Translations under genes and position numbers: made by a program
DNA from: Enterobacteria phage vB_EcoM_IME340
Length of the DNA: 64,000 nucleotides
Sequence record: MH051916
Strand: one strand, 5' to 3'
Notes under the pieces: generated by a model
What the model saw: only the letters and a program-made list of their open reading frames with translations
What the model was told of the DNA's origin: nothing
The model's database searches: none
Shown: positions 18,671 to 28,186 of the stretch, piece by piece
Layout of the letters: every line of letters starts with the position of its first letter
Position numbering within the stretch: the stretch's first letter is position 1

Positions 18671-19699
18671 ATGAAAACTCGTTCTCAAATTGAAGATATG
18701 GTTCGTAACGCTAGCGATACTCGTGATGTTATGACATTTTTGTGTGAAAATAATTTAGATTTTGATAAAGTTAATCGTGCTATTCATCACTTTAAATATC
18801 TGAATAGCAGTGAATGGGTGCGTAATTTTAGTAAAGCAGGGTATATTACGCAAATGACTGCTCGTGAGCAGCTCACCGATTTCTGTAAAACTATTGATTA
18901 TAAAAATCCTCTATTTGTTCAAGGCGTTGGTCAAAGTAAGGTCAATTTATCATCTGGATTTTTCAATCCAAATCATTATCGTATTGAATGGAGATTTATT
19001 GCTCTGTTCCGTAGACAATTAAAGCAAATTTTATCAACTGCGAGTCGATTAAAAGGTTCTGATATTAACTTAAAGAATCTGAAATTTGATGGTTATACTC
19101 TTCAGATGGAAGTAAGACCATTAAAAGAAAATAATAGAACCGCACGAATTAGCTTTAAACCTAATACAAAAAATTCTCTTTCAATTTGTGAATGCCTTAA
19201 ATCACAGTTGACAGAAGCATTTAAGTATATGGATGTTGTTGCTGGTGTTCAGTCTAAGATTTCAAAGCATTTCGAACGATTTAAATTAGACACAACAACA
19301 TATGAACTTGATATGATCGTTTCATTTAAATACGATTTTTTGAGAAAGGATGAAGTCACGCAAGAGAAAAAGCAGGAAGTGCAAGATAACTTAAATTTAA
19401 ATTTATCCAATTACTCATCAAACGATCCTAAATTTTGGATGTATAGTTCAGGTAATAAGGATGCATGGAAATTCAATAAAGTGAATTTTCTTCCTGTTGA
19501 AAATCCGAGTCTTAAACCTGTTGAAAAATGGCATGCTGATGCGATTGAGAAGTCTATCAAGGCAGTAGATGATGAACTCGTTAAAGCAACTAATGAAGTG
19601 TTAGAAGCTGAAAAGATGTTAGAAAAAGCTCAAGAAAAAGTCAAAAATCTCACGAAGCAACGTTCTAAACTGAACAATGCACTAAATGCACTGAACTAG
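18671..19699 (+). CDS. coiled-coil-tailed protein, tandem family member 2 (342 aa)
   Basis: N-terminus MKTRSQIED; QILSTASRLKG motif; C-terminal coiled coil. Confidence 0.55.
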   Translation: MKTRSQIEDMVRNASDTRDVMTFLCENNLDFDKVNRAIHHFKYLNSSEWVRNFSKAGYITQMTAREQLTDFCKTIDYKNPLFVQGVGQSKVNLSSGFFNPNHYRIEWRFIALFRRQLKQILSTASRLKGSDINLKNLKFDGYTLQMEVRPLKENNRTARISFKPNTKNSLSICECLKSQLTEAFKYMDVVAGVQSKISKHFERFKLDTTTYELDMIVSFKYDFLRKDEVTQEKKQEVQDNLNLNLSNYSSNDPKFWMYSSGNKDAWKFNKVNFLPVENPSLKPVEKWHADAIEKSIKAVDDELVKATNEVLEAEKMLEKAQEKVKNLTKQRSKLNNALNALN

Positions 19700-19728
19700 T
19701 TTACTTTACCACAAGGATGTGGTATAAT
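19699..19728 (+). promoter_or_regulatory. early promoter (identical copy at 63946-63975)
   Basis: GTTTACTTTACCACAAGGATGTGGTATAAT. Confidence 0.6.
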
Positions 19729-19756
19729 GTTCTTACTTTCTACTGAGGAGATTAAT

Positions 19757-20758
19757 ATGACTCGTAACGAATATATCAAATCATTCAACAGCGTTATTGA
19801 TGATAAAGCTATACCGATGTTTGGCCAAAATAGCGTTATTTCCATTATCAATCAATGGCTCAATAGTGTTGACGCAAGTATTGTTTCTTCTGTTAAATTT
19901 ATTCATGAAATTCGTAAAATTTCTAGCCGTGTAGATAAAGATGTTATCAAGAAAGCCTTTAAAGAGTCTCGTCTTCTTTCATATTTGGTTAATCGGGATA
20001 TTCTTGGTAATTTTGGGAAAGAAATTAAACGAACCAAAGATGTAGTAGGATATAATTGGTTCGGTGATGTTAATTCTTATCATCTTAATGTCAAAGAAGA
20101 CCCCGAGAATATTTTTACTCGTCGTTGGATTAGTAATTTCAGACTTTTCAAAGGACAGATTCTAAAATCAGCTTCTAAATTATGTTATGGCGATTATCGT
20201 CAAATTCATCCTTTGGCTTCTGATATGATTATCATAAAAGAATATGAACTTGATAAAAATAAAGTATCTATTTTTGTGAATTATGGATTTTTTACACCAG
20301 AAACTAATCAAAAGAACATTAATAAATTTTTCTCAATTGCTAGCACTATAACTCGTCAATTAGAGACTGCACTACTTTGTATGGAAACGGTAGAAAATAT
20401 TCATACTTATCCTTTTAAGAATATGTGCGGTTGGGAAGGATATAAAATTGTAGTTAGTCTTCGTGAAGTGAAATGTGCTTATTCACCGACTGATAAAGAA
20501 ATTTACCAACAAAAATGTGATGAAATTGTGAATACTCCTAAAGAAGAAACTACACTTGAGGAACTAATGGATAATCTTGATGATTCGCCTGAACCCGTAG
20601 AAATTCGTCCAGAAGTTATTGCACTAGAAAAAGCTTATAAAGAAGCTCTAGAAATTTCTAATAAAGCGCAGAAAGAATATGAGCAGGCTAAAAGGATTTG
20701 GGAAGAATCTGTTAATCGCCTTGATCGTTTAGAACAAGCTTTACAGTTAATTAAGTAA
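19757..20758 (+). CDS. coiled-coil-tailed protein, tandem family member 3 (333 aa)
   Basis: start at ATG after GAGGAG; QILKSASKL motif; C-terminal coiled coil. Confidence 0.55.
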   Translation: MTRNEYIKSFNSVIDDKAIPMFGQNSVISIINQWLNSVDASIVSSVKFIHEIRKISSRVDKDVIKKAFKESRLLSYLVNRDILGNFGKEIKRTKDVVGYNWFGDVNSYHLNVKEDPENIFTRRWISNFRLFKGQILKSASKLCYGDYRQIHPLASDMIIIKEYELDKNKVSIFVNYGFFTPETNQKNINKFFSIASTITRQLETALLCMETVENIHTYPFKNMCGWEGYKIVVSLREVKCAYSPTDKEIYQQKCDEIVNTPKEETTLEELMDNLDDSPEPVEIRPEVIALEKAYKEALEISNKAQKEYEQAKRIWEESVNRLDRLEQALQLIK

Positions 20759-20810
20759 TTTAAAGCCAAGGATGGCTCGGAGTATAAATCATTAACCAAG
20801 TGAGAAGAAC

Positions 20811-21740
20811 ATGAAAACTCGTAAACATTATATTGATTATTTTGATAGTCTTATTACTAAACACCGTAATTATCAAATCGGGCACAGAGCAGTAATCAAT
20901 AATATTCTTCGTGATTTCCTTCAATATGTTGGCCAAGAAAATCATATCTGTAAAGATACACAGAACGCTTATTCTCATTCGTTGGGCAATTTGCTTGAAT
21001 GGTTTAAACGTTCTCGTATGTTATCTTCTACTGTAGCTCGCGATAACATTAAAAACTTTATGAAGCCGAGCTTTATTAAATCTGAGACATCTATAACTGA
21101 TTTGGTTGAATTTACTATTGTTAACGATGTTAAAAAGACTCATTTGGCTGATTGGTTATCTACCATTCCTGAAACTAAATTTGCTGATAAATTTGCTTGT
21201 CAATTCAATGACCAAGTGAATATGCTTTTTAAGCATGCTCGCAAACTGTTTACTGCGGGCGATGACCGTACAAATACAGTTCATGTTAAGGACTGGGTTA
21301 TTGCTGATGAAGTAACACACAAGCCAGGTGGTTCATCAGTATTAATTAATATCCAGGTTCCTTATTATTACTCACGTAATCTCGGCACCATGACAGCTAG
21401 AGAAATTAATAAGCACAACAAAACTATTCGTTCGTTATCTTATAAACTTCGCATGATGTTAAAAATCATGGACGTAGTAGAAATGTATGACGAAACCGAA
21501 AATAATGGTTCAATGTTATACAGTTCACGTATTCTAATTAAACTGAAGAACCCTAATACATATAAGCCAGTTGTAAAAGAACCTAAAGTAGAAAAGGTTG
21601 ATAACCTGAGCGAAGAACGCGAATATCTCAATGCTCGTTTGATTGAAGTTGAAGCCCAGATTGCCGAACACACCAAATTGTTAAAAGCTCTTAATGCAAA
21701 AGCAAATGGTTTACGCAATGCTATTGAGGTATTGAAATGA
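20811..21740 (+). CDS. coiled-coil-tailed protein, tandem family member 4 (309 aa)
   Basis: N-terminus MKTRKHYID; C-terminal coiled coil. Confidence 0.55.
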   Translation: MKTRKHYIDYFDSLITKHRNYQIGHRAVINNILRDFLQYVGQENHICKDTQNAYSHSLGNLLEWFKRSRMLSSTVARDNIKNFMKPSFIKSETSITDLVEFTIVNDVKKTHLADWLSTIPETKFADKFACQFNDQVNMLFKHARKLFTAGDDRTNTVHVKDWVIADEVTHKPGGSSVLINIQVPYYYSRNLGTMTAREINKHNKTIRSLSYKLRMMLKIMDVVEMYDETENNGSMLYSSRILIKLKNPNTYKPVVKEPKVEKVDNLSEEREYLNARLIEVEAQIAEHTKLLKALNAKANGLRNAIEVLK

Positions 21741-22054
21741 AAAAGCGTCTATTAGAAGATATTGCAGCTTCAAGTAATTCCAGTCTAATTAAAATTATTA
21801 TGGCTGGTGAAGAAGACGATCTGGAAATGCGTGGAAAGATTCATGGTTGCGATGATTTAGACTTTAAACCTCCAGCCTGGGATGCCATTATGGTTATGGT
21901 TGAACGCCGCGAAAGGGCTTCTAAAAACGTTCCTAATTGCCCTGAATGTGGAACTGAACAGGTTCAATTAATTCATTGGCAGACTAGTAATCTTCGTTAT
22001 AAATGCCGTCATTGCAAACATCGATTTGAGAGAGAAGAAAATGACCAAGCGTAA
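21737..22054 (+). CDS. zinc-ribbon protein (105 aa)
   Basis: CPECG-x15-CRHCKH four-Cys ribbon. Confidence 0.55.
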   Translation: MKKRLLEDIAASSNSSLIKIIMAGEEDDLEMRGKIHGCDDLDFKPPAWDAIMVMVERRERASKNVPNCPECGTEQVQLIHWQTSNLRYKCRHCKHRFEREENDQA

Positions 22055-22283
22055 AGAATATATGGAGATTGCTGAAAAAGCAGTCCGTGAATTAGCAATA
22101 GCTTATTATAATGAACACGGTAAATTTCCTGATAGATACAGCGTGCTTAAATCTGCTTTAACTCGTTCATATAAAAATATGCTATCAGAAGTAAGTGATA
22201 TTATATACAAATATAAAGAACAAACTGGCCAAAGTCTTGATTATGACGAGACTTTTAAACAAGTACTAGGAATTAAGGAATAA
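22041..22283 (+). CDS. hypothetical protein (80 aa)
   Basis: start set to internal ATG. Confidence 0.45.
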   Translation: MTKRKEYMEIAEKAVRELAIAYYNEHGKFPDRYSVLKSALTRSYKNMLSEVSDIIYKYKEQTGQSLDYDETFKQVLGIKE

Positions 22284-22284
22284 T

Positions 22285-22548
22285 ATGTTTAAAGTATATG
22301 GTTATGATAGCAACATCCATAAATGTGTGTATTGCGATAATGCAAAACGTCTTTTGACTGTGAAGAAACAGCCGTTTGAATTTATCAACATTATGCCGGA
22401 AAAAGGTGTTTTTGATGATGAGAAAATTGCTGAGCTTCTGACTAAACTAGGTCGTGATACTCAAATCGGATTGACGATGCCTCAGGTATTTGCTCCTGAT
22501 GGAAGTCATATTGGTGGATTTGACCAATTGCGGGAATACTTTAAATGA
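22285..22548 (+). CDS. nrdC: glutaredoxin/thioredoxin NrdC
   Basis: 87 aa; MFKVYGYDSNIHKCVYCDNAKRLL (CxxC) matches T4 NrdC as recalled. Confidence 0.9.
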   Translation: MFKVYGYDSNIHKCVYCDNAKRLLTVKKQPFEFINIMPEKGVFDDEKIAELLTKLGRDTQIGLTMPQVFAPDGSHIGGFDQLREYFK

Positions 22549-22760
22549 TGCTCGAAGGAACTGATTATATCCATGACTACCGCGGAAGCGCGGTATATGT
22601 TGGTGATGAGGTTGCAGTTTATTATGGGTATGGAACTTTGATGACAGCAAAGGTTATTCAAATTAAAAATGGCCGCGCTAAACTTGAAGTTTATTATTCT
22701 AATGGTGAAAAGTCTATTTCTAAATGGAAATATGGCGATTGCATGGTTAAACTGGGGTAA
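22545..22760 (+). CDS. hypothetical protein (71 aa)
   Basis: ATGA overlap with nrdC stop. Confidence 0.5.
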   Translation: MMLEGTDYIHDYRGSAVYVGDEVAVYYGYGTLMTAKVIQIKNGRAKLEVYYSNGEKSISKWKYGDCMVKLG

Positions 22761-22762
22761 AT

Positions 22763-23071
22763 ATGATTTACGATGTTGATGCAGTTTTGAGCGAAATAAT
22801 CGAAGACCATGATGCATTTTCAGAAAATTATGATTTCGATTTTTCGGATTATCTTAAACCTGTCGAAATAGAAGACTGGGTGCAAGACGGTAAATGTCAA
22901 TATCGTCAGTGTGTTTATTTTAGTCCAAAACATAATGTACATGTTTCCGTAAATGAATGCCGTTCAGGTTCTTATCATTCTGACTGGTATTATGCAGTTC
23001 CTACTGTTGAACTAGTCGAACCTCGAGAACGTGTAGTAACTCAGACAATACGAGAATGGATTACGCTATAA
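22763..23071 (+). CDS. hypothetical protein (102 aa)
   Basis: ORF-track CDS. Confidence 0.5.
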   Translation: MIYDVDAVLSEIIEDHDAFSENYDFDFSDYLKPVEIEDWVQDGKCQYRQCVYFSPKHNVHVSVNECRSGSYHSDWYYAVPTVELVEPRERVVTQTIREWITL

Positions 23072-23194
23072 AACCCTGGTGGGCGGCTAGATGGGAAACT
23101 GTAGAGCCAGAGCCGGAAGAATCGGTTTACACTGATGAAGAAACAGTATATAATGAACCTACAATAAATGACATAATTGATATGGAGATGGGAC

Positions 23195-23641
23195 ATGATT
23201 ACAGTAGATAAGTGGTTTAGAATTAATCGTGCTGATAAAGAGCTGTGTAATTACTGGCCAGAACTTAGTGCAGGTACTGTCTTTAAAGTTCGTGAACTTG
23301 TAAAAGAATGTGAAGATGATATAGAACCTGATACTGGAATTATTGAAATTGAACTTTCTGATGGAAAGATTATTAACATCTACGATAAGCCAATTACGTA
23401 TTGGTGCTTATGGAATACTGAATCAGTAGAAAATGGCGAAATTGAAGAAGTTGTAGAACGAGTTGATCAAGCTATTCATAAACCTAAAGCCGCTTTTCAA
23501 GGTGAACGTATTTCATATGCATTAGCTAAATTAGCTGCGCAAGAAAATAACGATGGTTATGAAGGAAATTTGATGCAAGCTGCGGCAGAATATATTGAAT
23601 GGCTTGAAACTCAAATTTCTTTTTCTGACCGAGCGTTTTAA
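23195..23641 (+). CDS. hypothetical protein (149 aa); possibly pin by position
   Basis: lies between nrdC and gene 49 where T4 has pin; sequence identity not verified. Confidence 0.45.
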   Translation: MITVDKWFRINRADKELCNYWPELSAGTVFKVRELVKECEDDIEPDTGIIEIELSDGKIINIYDKPITYWCLWNTESVENGEIEEVVERVDQAIHKPKAAFQGERISYALAKLAAQENNDGYEGNLMQAAAEYIEWLETQISFSDRAF

Positions 23642-23817
23642 TGAAAACTGAATTGGTTTATACTGAAAAGTTAAATGGTGGTAAGGTTTGGAAACTTTTT
23701 ATTAAAGGAAGTCCTACCGACTCTAATATGACCACTTGTGTAGGAACTTATTCTCGTCCTACTAAAAAGATGATTCGGCAATATAAGCGATTGCATCGAA
23801 TGTTTTACAATACTTGA
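23641..23817 (+). CDS. hypothetical basic protein (58 aa)
   Basis: TAATG coupling to upstream gene. Confidence 0.35.
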   Translation: MKTELVYTEKLNGGKVWKLFIKGSPTDSNMTTCVGTYSRPTKKMIRQYKRLHRMFYNT

Positions 23818-23828
23818 AAATAATAAAT

Positions 23829-23861
23829 ACCCTTATCTATTTAAGGTAAGGGTTTATTATG
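23829..23861 (+). promoter_or_regulatory. hairpin overlapping gene 49 ribosome-binding site
   Basis: ACCCTTA...TAAGGGT inverted repeat spans the SD just before ATG 23859. Confidence 0.4.
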
Positions 23862-24332
23862 TTATTGACTGGCAAATTATACAAAGAAGAAAAACAGAAA
23901 TTTTATGATGCACAAAACGGTAAATGCTTAATTTGCCAACGAGAATTAAATCCTGATGTTCAAGCTAATCACCTTGACCATGACCATGAATTAAATGGAC
24001 CGAAAGCTGGAAAGGTACGTGGATTGCTTTGTAATCTATGCAATGCTGCGGAAGGTCAAATGAAGCATAAATTTAATCGTTCTGGCTTAAAGGGACAAGG
24101 TGTTGATTATCTTGAATGGTTAGAAAATTTACTTACTTATTTAAAATCCGATTACACCCAAAATAATATTCACCCTAACTTTGTTGGAGATAAATCAAAG
24201 GAATTTTCTCGTTTAGGAAAAGAGGAAATGATGGCTGAGATGCTTCAAAGAGGATTTGAATATAATGAATCTGACACTAAAACACAATTAATAGCTTCAT
24301 TTAAGAAGCAGCTTAGAAAGAGTTTAAAATGA
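23859..24332 (+). CDS. 49: endonuclease VII (Holliday junction resolvase)
   Basis: 157 aa; MLLTGKLYKEEKQKFYDAQNGKCLICQRELNPD... matches T4 gp49 as recalled. Confidence 0.93.
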   Translation: MLLTGKLYKEEKQKFYDAQNGKCLICQRELNPDVQANHLDHDHELNGPKAGKVRGLLCNLCNAAEGQMKHKFNRSGLKGQGVDYLEWLENLLTYLKSDYTQNNIHPNFVGDKSKEFSRLGKEEMMAEMLQRGFEYNESDTKTQLIASFKKQLRKSLK

Positions 24333-26146
24333 CAATTGAAAAAGAAATTGAAGGATTAATTCATAAAACTAATAAAGACCTTTTAAACGAGAATGCTAAT
24401 AAAGATTCTCGTGTTTTTCCAACTCAACGGGACCTTATGGCTGGTATTGTGTCTAAACACATTGCCAAAAATATGGTCCCGTCTTTTATTATGAAAGCGC
24501 ATGAAAGCGGAATTATCCATTTCCATGATATTGATTATTCTCCTGCTCTTCCATTTACTAATTGCTGTTTAGTAGATTTAAAAGGAATGCTTGAGAACGG
24601 ATTTAAGCTCGGTAATGCACAGATTGAAACTCCTAAATCAATTGGCGTTGCTACTGCAATTATGGCACAAATTACTGCACAGGTTGCTTCTCATCAATAT
24701 GGCGGAACGACTTTTGCGAATGTAGATAAAGTCCTTTCTCCTTATGTTAAACGCACCTATGCAAAACATATTGAGGACGCGGAAAAATGGCAAATCGCTG
24801 ATGCATTGAATTATGCCCAATCTAAAACAGAAAAAGACGTATACGATGCATTCCAAGCTTATGAATATGAAGTAAATACTCTCTTTAGTTCAAACGGACA
24901 AACGCCCTTTGTAACAATTACATTTGGCACGGGAACTGACTGGACCGAACGAATGATTCAGAAAGCAATTCTGAAAAATCGTATTAAAGGTCTTGGTCGT
25001 GATGGGATAACTCCTATTTTCCCTAAACTTGTCATGTTCGTTGAAGAAGGTGTTAATCTTTATAAAGACGATCCGAATTATGATATTAAGCAGCTTGCTT
25101 TAGAGTGCGCAAGCAAAAGAATGTATCCTGACATCATTTCGGCTAAGAACAATAAAGCTATCACCGGTTCATCTATTCCTGTTTCTCCAATGGGTTGCCG
25201 TAGTTTCTTGGGCGTATGGAAAGATTCGACTGGTAATGAAATTCTTGATGGACGTAATAATCTTGGTGTTGTAACACTGAATCTTCCTCGCATTGCGCTA
25301 GATTCTTATATTGGAACACAGTTCAATGAACAGAAATTTGCCGAATTGTTCAATGAGCGAATGGATTTATGTTTTGAAGCATTGATGTGTAGAATTAGTT
25401 CCTTAAAAGGAGTTAAAGCTACTGTTGCTCCTATTCTTTACCAAGAAGGTGCATTCGGGGTTCGTCTTAAACCTGATGACGATATAATTGAGTTATTTAA
25501 AAACGGTAGAAGTTCAGTGTCCTTAGGATACATTGGTATTCACGAATTGAATATTCTTGTCGGTCGTGATATTGGACAAGAAATTTTAACTAAAATGAAT
25601 GCTCATCTTAAGCAGTGGACTGAAAGAACTGGTTTTGCTTTTAGCTTGTATTCTACTCCTGCTGAAAACCTGTGCTATCGCTTCTGTAAACTTGATACCG
25701 AAAAATATGGAAGTGTAAAAGATGTTACCGATAAAGGCTGGTACACTAACAGTTTCCATGTTTCAGTAGAAGAAAATATTACTCCGTTTGAAAAGATTTC
25801 TCGCGAAGCCCCATATCATTTCATCGCGACAGGCGGTCACATTTCTTATGTTGAACTTCCTGATATGAAAAATAACCTAAAAGGCCTTGAGGCTGTATGG
25901 GATTATGCTGCACAACATTTAGATTATTTTGGCGTTAATATGCCAGTAGATAAATGTTTTACGTGTGGAAGTACCCATGAAATGACTCCTACTGAAAACG
26001 GATTTGTTTGTTCTATTTGTGGAGAAACTGATCCTAAAAAGATGAACACAATAAGAAGAACATGTGGCTATTTGGGAAATCCGAATGAACGCGGATTTAA
26101 TCTTGGCAAAAATAAAGAAATCATGCATAGGGTTAAACACCAATGA
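24329..26146 (+). CDS. nrdD: anaerobic ribonucleoside-triphosphate reductase, intronless
   Basis: 605 aa uninterrupted; C-terminal RRTCGYLG glycyl-radical motif and CxxC..CxxC zinc site. Confidence 0.93.
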   Translation: MTIEKEIEGLIHKTNKDLLNENANKDSRVFPTQRDLMAGIVSKHIAKNMVPSFIMKAHESGIIHFHDIDYSPALPFTNCCLVDLKGMLENGFKLGNAQIETPKSIGVATAIMAQITAQVASHQYGGTTFANVDKVLSPYVKRTYAKHIEDAEKWQIADALNYAQSKTEKDVYDAFQAYEYEVNTLFSSNGQTPFVTITFGTGTDWTERMIQKAILKNRIKGLGRDGITPIFPKLVMFVEEGVNLYKDDPNYDIKQLALECASKRMYPDIISAKNNKAITGSSIPVSPMGCRSFLGVWKDSTGNEILDGRNNLGVVTLNLPRIALDSYIGTQFNEQKFAELFNERMDLCFEALMCRISSLKGVKATVAPILYQEGAFGVRLKPDDDIIELFKNGRSSVSLGYIGIHELNILVGRDIGQEILTKMNAHLKQWTERTGFAFSLYSTPAENLCYRFCKLDTEKYGSVKDVTDKGWYTNSFHVSVEENITPFEKISREAPYHFIATGGHISYVELPDMKNNLKGLEAVWDYAAQHLDYFGVNMPVDKCFTCGSTHEMTPTENGFVCSICGETDPKKMNTIRRTCGYLGNPNERGFNLGKNKEIMHRVKHQ

Positions 26147-26613
26147 ATTACGATAGATTTTATCCCTGCGATTTTGTGAATGGCCCTGGATGCAGGGTCG
26201 TTCTTTTCGTTACAGGTTGTTTGCATAAATGTGAAGGGTGTTATAATAAATCAACATGGAATGCTAGAAATGGCGTTCCATTCACTGGTGAAACACTAGA
26301 ACAATTAATTGAATGTTTGAATAATGATTATATAGAAGGATTAACTATAACTGGAGGAGACCCTCTTTATCCTGATAACCGAGATGATGTTCATTGCATT
26401 GTTCAAACGGTAAAAAATCTTTATCCGAATAAAAGCATTTGGTTGTGGACAGGATATAAATTTGAAGATATTAAACAACTAGAAATGCTTAAATATGTTG
26501 ATGTTATTATTGATGGGAAGTATGAGAAAAATCTTCCGACCAAAAAGCTGTGGCGAGGTTCAGATAATCAGCGACTTTGGTCAAATACCGATGGGGTGTG
26601 GAAACATGATTAA
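26143..26613 (+). CDS. nrdG: anaerobic RNR activating enzyme (radical SAM)
   Basis: CLHKCEGC radical-SAM cluster motif; ATGA overlap with nrdD. Confidence 0.9.
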   Translation: MNYDRFYPCDFVNGPGCRVVLFVTGCLHKCEGCYNKSTWNARNGVPFTGETLEQLIECLNNDYIEGLTITGGDPLYPDNRDDVHCIVQTVKNLYPNKSIWLWTGYKFEDIKQLEMLKYVDVIIDGKYEKNLPTKKLWRGSDNQRLWSNTDGVWKHD

Positions 26614-26728
26614 ACTGAATTATATTATTGATACTATAAATGATATGATTTTTCATTTTGGTCCAGAATTTTATTCGCAGTATAGTTTAGTACTTATCAA
26701 TGCTTGGTTAATCAATTAAGGGTAAAAT

Positions 26729-26944
26729 ATGTATAAATTTCGTAAAGGTTTAGCTGATTTTCTTACAACTGTAACGTTCTTTTTGTTTATGGCAGTTGGA
26801 GCTATTTTTCTTATTCCTTTTATTGCTATATTTTTCGTGATTAGTTTGATTTCTCCAGAAAAAGGCTTATCTTCTAGTGAGTTCAATGAGCGTCTGGATA
26901 AAATTACTAACAAACTGAATGCGGTTCTTGATAAAAAGGCTTAA
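26729..26944 (+). CDS. small membrane protein (71 aa)
   Basis: two hydrophobic helices. Confidence 0.5.
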   Translation: MYKFRKGLADFLTTVTFFLFMAVGAIFLIPFIAIFFVISLISPEKGLSSSEFNERLDKITNKLNAVLDKKA

Positions 26945-26946
26945 TT

Positions 26947-27258
26947 ATGATTAGTTTTGAGCGGTATGTGGTAGAGAGTTGGAAGGGTTTTGATATGTTC
27001 GGTAATGACTATTATTTTTATGAATGCAGTCTAAATCCTAGTTTTTGGGCTGGGCGTGAACGAGAACTTGAAGAAATTAATAACCGCGCTGAATTGTTAG
27101 GTGAATTACCTACGGTTTATTTTACCTTTGATGCATCTGGATTTGTTATCCAGGTTTATTTTCCTGAAGAAAATTCTGGCGATGATTCTGTTAACCCGCC
27201 ATACTGGGCTTATCAAGGAATTATTTCTCGTGGAACAAAACTCGAACTTAAAGAATAA
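26947..27258 (+). CDS. hypothetical protein (103 aa)
   Basis: ORF-track CDS; stop lies 1 nt before the glutaredoxin-domain frame begins. Confidence 0.55.
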   Translation: MISFERYVVESWKGFDMFGNDYYFYECSLNPSFWAGRERELEEINNRAELLGELPTVYFTFDASGFVIQVYFPEENSGDDSVNPPYWAYQGIISRGTKLELKE

Positions 27259-27259
27259 G

Positions 27260-27553
27260 ATTGAAATCTATGGCATCCCCGAAGAAGTAGGTCGTTGTCC
27301 TGGATGTCAATCAGTTACAAAACTTCTAAAGGAGCTCAATGCTCCTTTTACTTTCTATAAAGTTCTTACAAATAATGGCAAGATTGAGTATGATCGTCCA
27401 CTGATTGTATCTCTTGCTAAACGCGCTGGATTCACATCTCTTAACATTCGTTATCCAGTCATTTTCATTAATGATTCTAGACAAAAGAACATTAAACACT
27501 TCAAAGAAACTCTCATTTCACTTGGATATGATAGAGATATCATAGAAGACTAA
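27260..27553 (+). CDS. nrdH: NrdH-like glutaredoxin; start codon unresolved
   Basis: KIEIYGIPEEVGRCPGCQ (CPxC) redoxin fold; no in-frame ATG/GTG/TTG near domain start; ATT at 27260 is the only candidate. Confidence 0.6.
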   Translation: MEIYGIPEEVGRCPGCQSVTKLLKELNAPFTFYKVLTNNGKIEYDRPLIVSLAKRAGFTSLNIRYPVIFINDSRQKNIKHFKETLISLGYDRDIIED

Positions 27554-27557
27554 GACG

Positions 27558-27580
27558 GGCCCTCTGGGCCTTTCTTTCTC
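27558..27580 (+). terminator. intrinsic terminator
   Basis: GGCCC-TCT-GGGCC hairpin followed by TTTCTTTCTC. Confidence 0.55.
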
Positions 27581-27650
27581 ACATTCTGTATATTACCATT
27601 CTAACTATCATTCACTTCTTATCATTCCCTAAAATAATTTTCACAAAGTT

Positions 27651-27680
27651 GTTTACAAGAAGTTCAAACTGTGGTATTAT
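27651..27680 (+). promoter_or_regulatory. early promoter
   Basis: GTTTAC 27651-27656, TATTAT 27675-27680. Confidence 0.55.
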
Positions 27681-27710
27681 TAACATATGAATTGCCTTTG
27701 AGGATTTGAT

Positions 27711-27893
27711 ATGGTTGTGGTTGATAAAGAAATTAAAAAGGGACAATATTATTTTATTAATGGTAATGTTGTTCGTGTTACTTATGTAAACGGTTTTGAA
27801 GTTTATTATCTTATACTTAAGTTACATAAACAGATGATTTGTGATCGTGCTGTATTTAGTTCAGTTGCTAAGGAAATTAAACTCCATGGGTAA
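27711..27893 (+). CDS. hypothetical protein (60 aa)
   Basis: ATG after GAGGA SD. Confidence 0.5.
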   Translation: MVVVDKEIKKGQYYFINGNVVRVTYVNGFEVYYLILKLHKQMICDRAVFSSVAKEIKLHG

Positions 27894-28179
27894 AACGTAT
27901 CGTCGTAAAGATTTAAAAGTGCGTGATTATGACTATTTCGGAAAGCGTAAAGCTCCTGATGGTGTAAGTCATAAAGATATGGTTGAAAACATTTTTCGCT
28001 CTGATAAATGGCGTAGAATGAAAGGCATTGATTCAGAAGTTAAAGATGAGCTAAATCGTCAATTACGTAGTGAAGTAAGAAAGTTGAAAAAATCAGTTTA
28101 CATTGACGATGATTTTGATTACAATACTTCTCAACGAGTTGCTAAGCGCAAATCAAACGAGTGCTATCGTTACAGCTGA
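27886..28179 (+). CDS. hypothetical basic protein (97 aa)
   Basis: Lys/Arg-rich. Confidence 0.5.
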   Translation: MGKTYRRKDLKVRDYDYFGKRKAPDGVSHKDMVENIFRSDKWRRMKGIDSEVKDELNRQLRSEVRKLKKSVYIDDDFDYNTSQRVAKRKSNECYRYS

Positions 28180-28186
28180 GGAAAAT

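Noticed and set aside
27101-27256. Upstream part of the ORF-track CDS 27101-27553 as the N-terminus of the glutaredoxin
   Set aside because: That stretch translates to a Leu/Phe/Ile-rich low-complexity sequence and overlaps a protein-like frame (26947-27258); only the part from 27257 onward looks like real coding.
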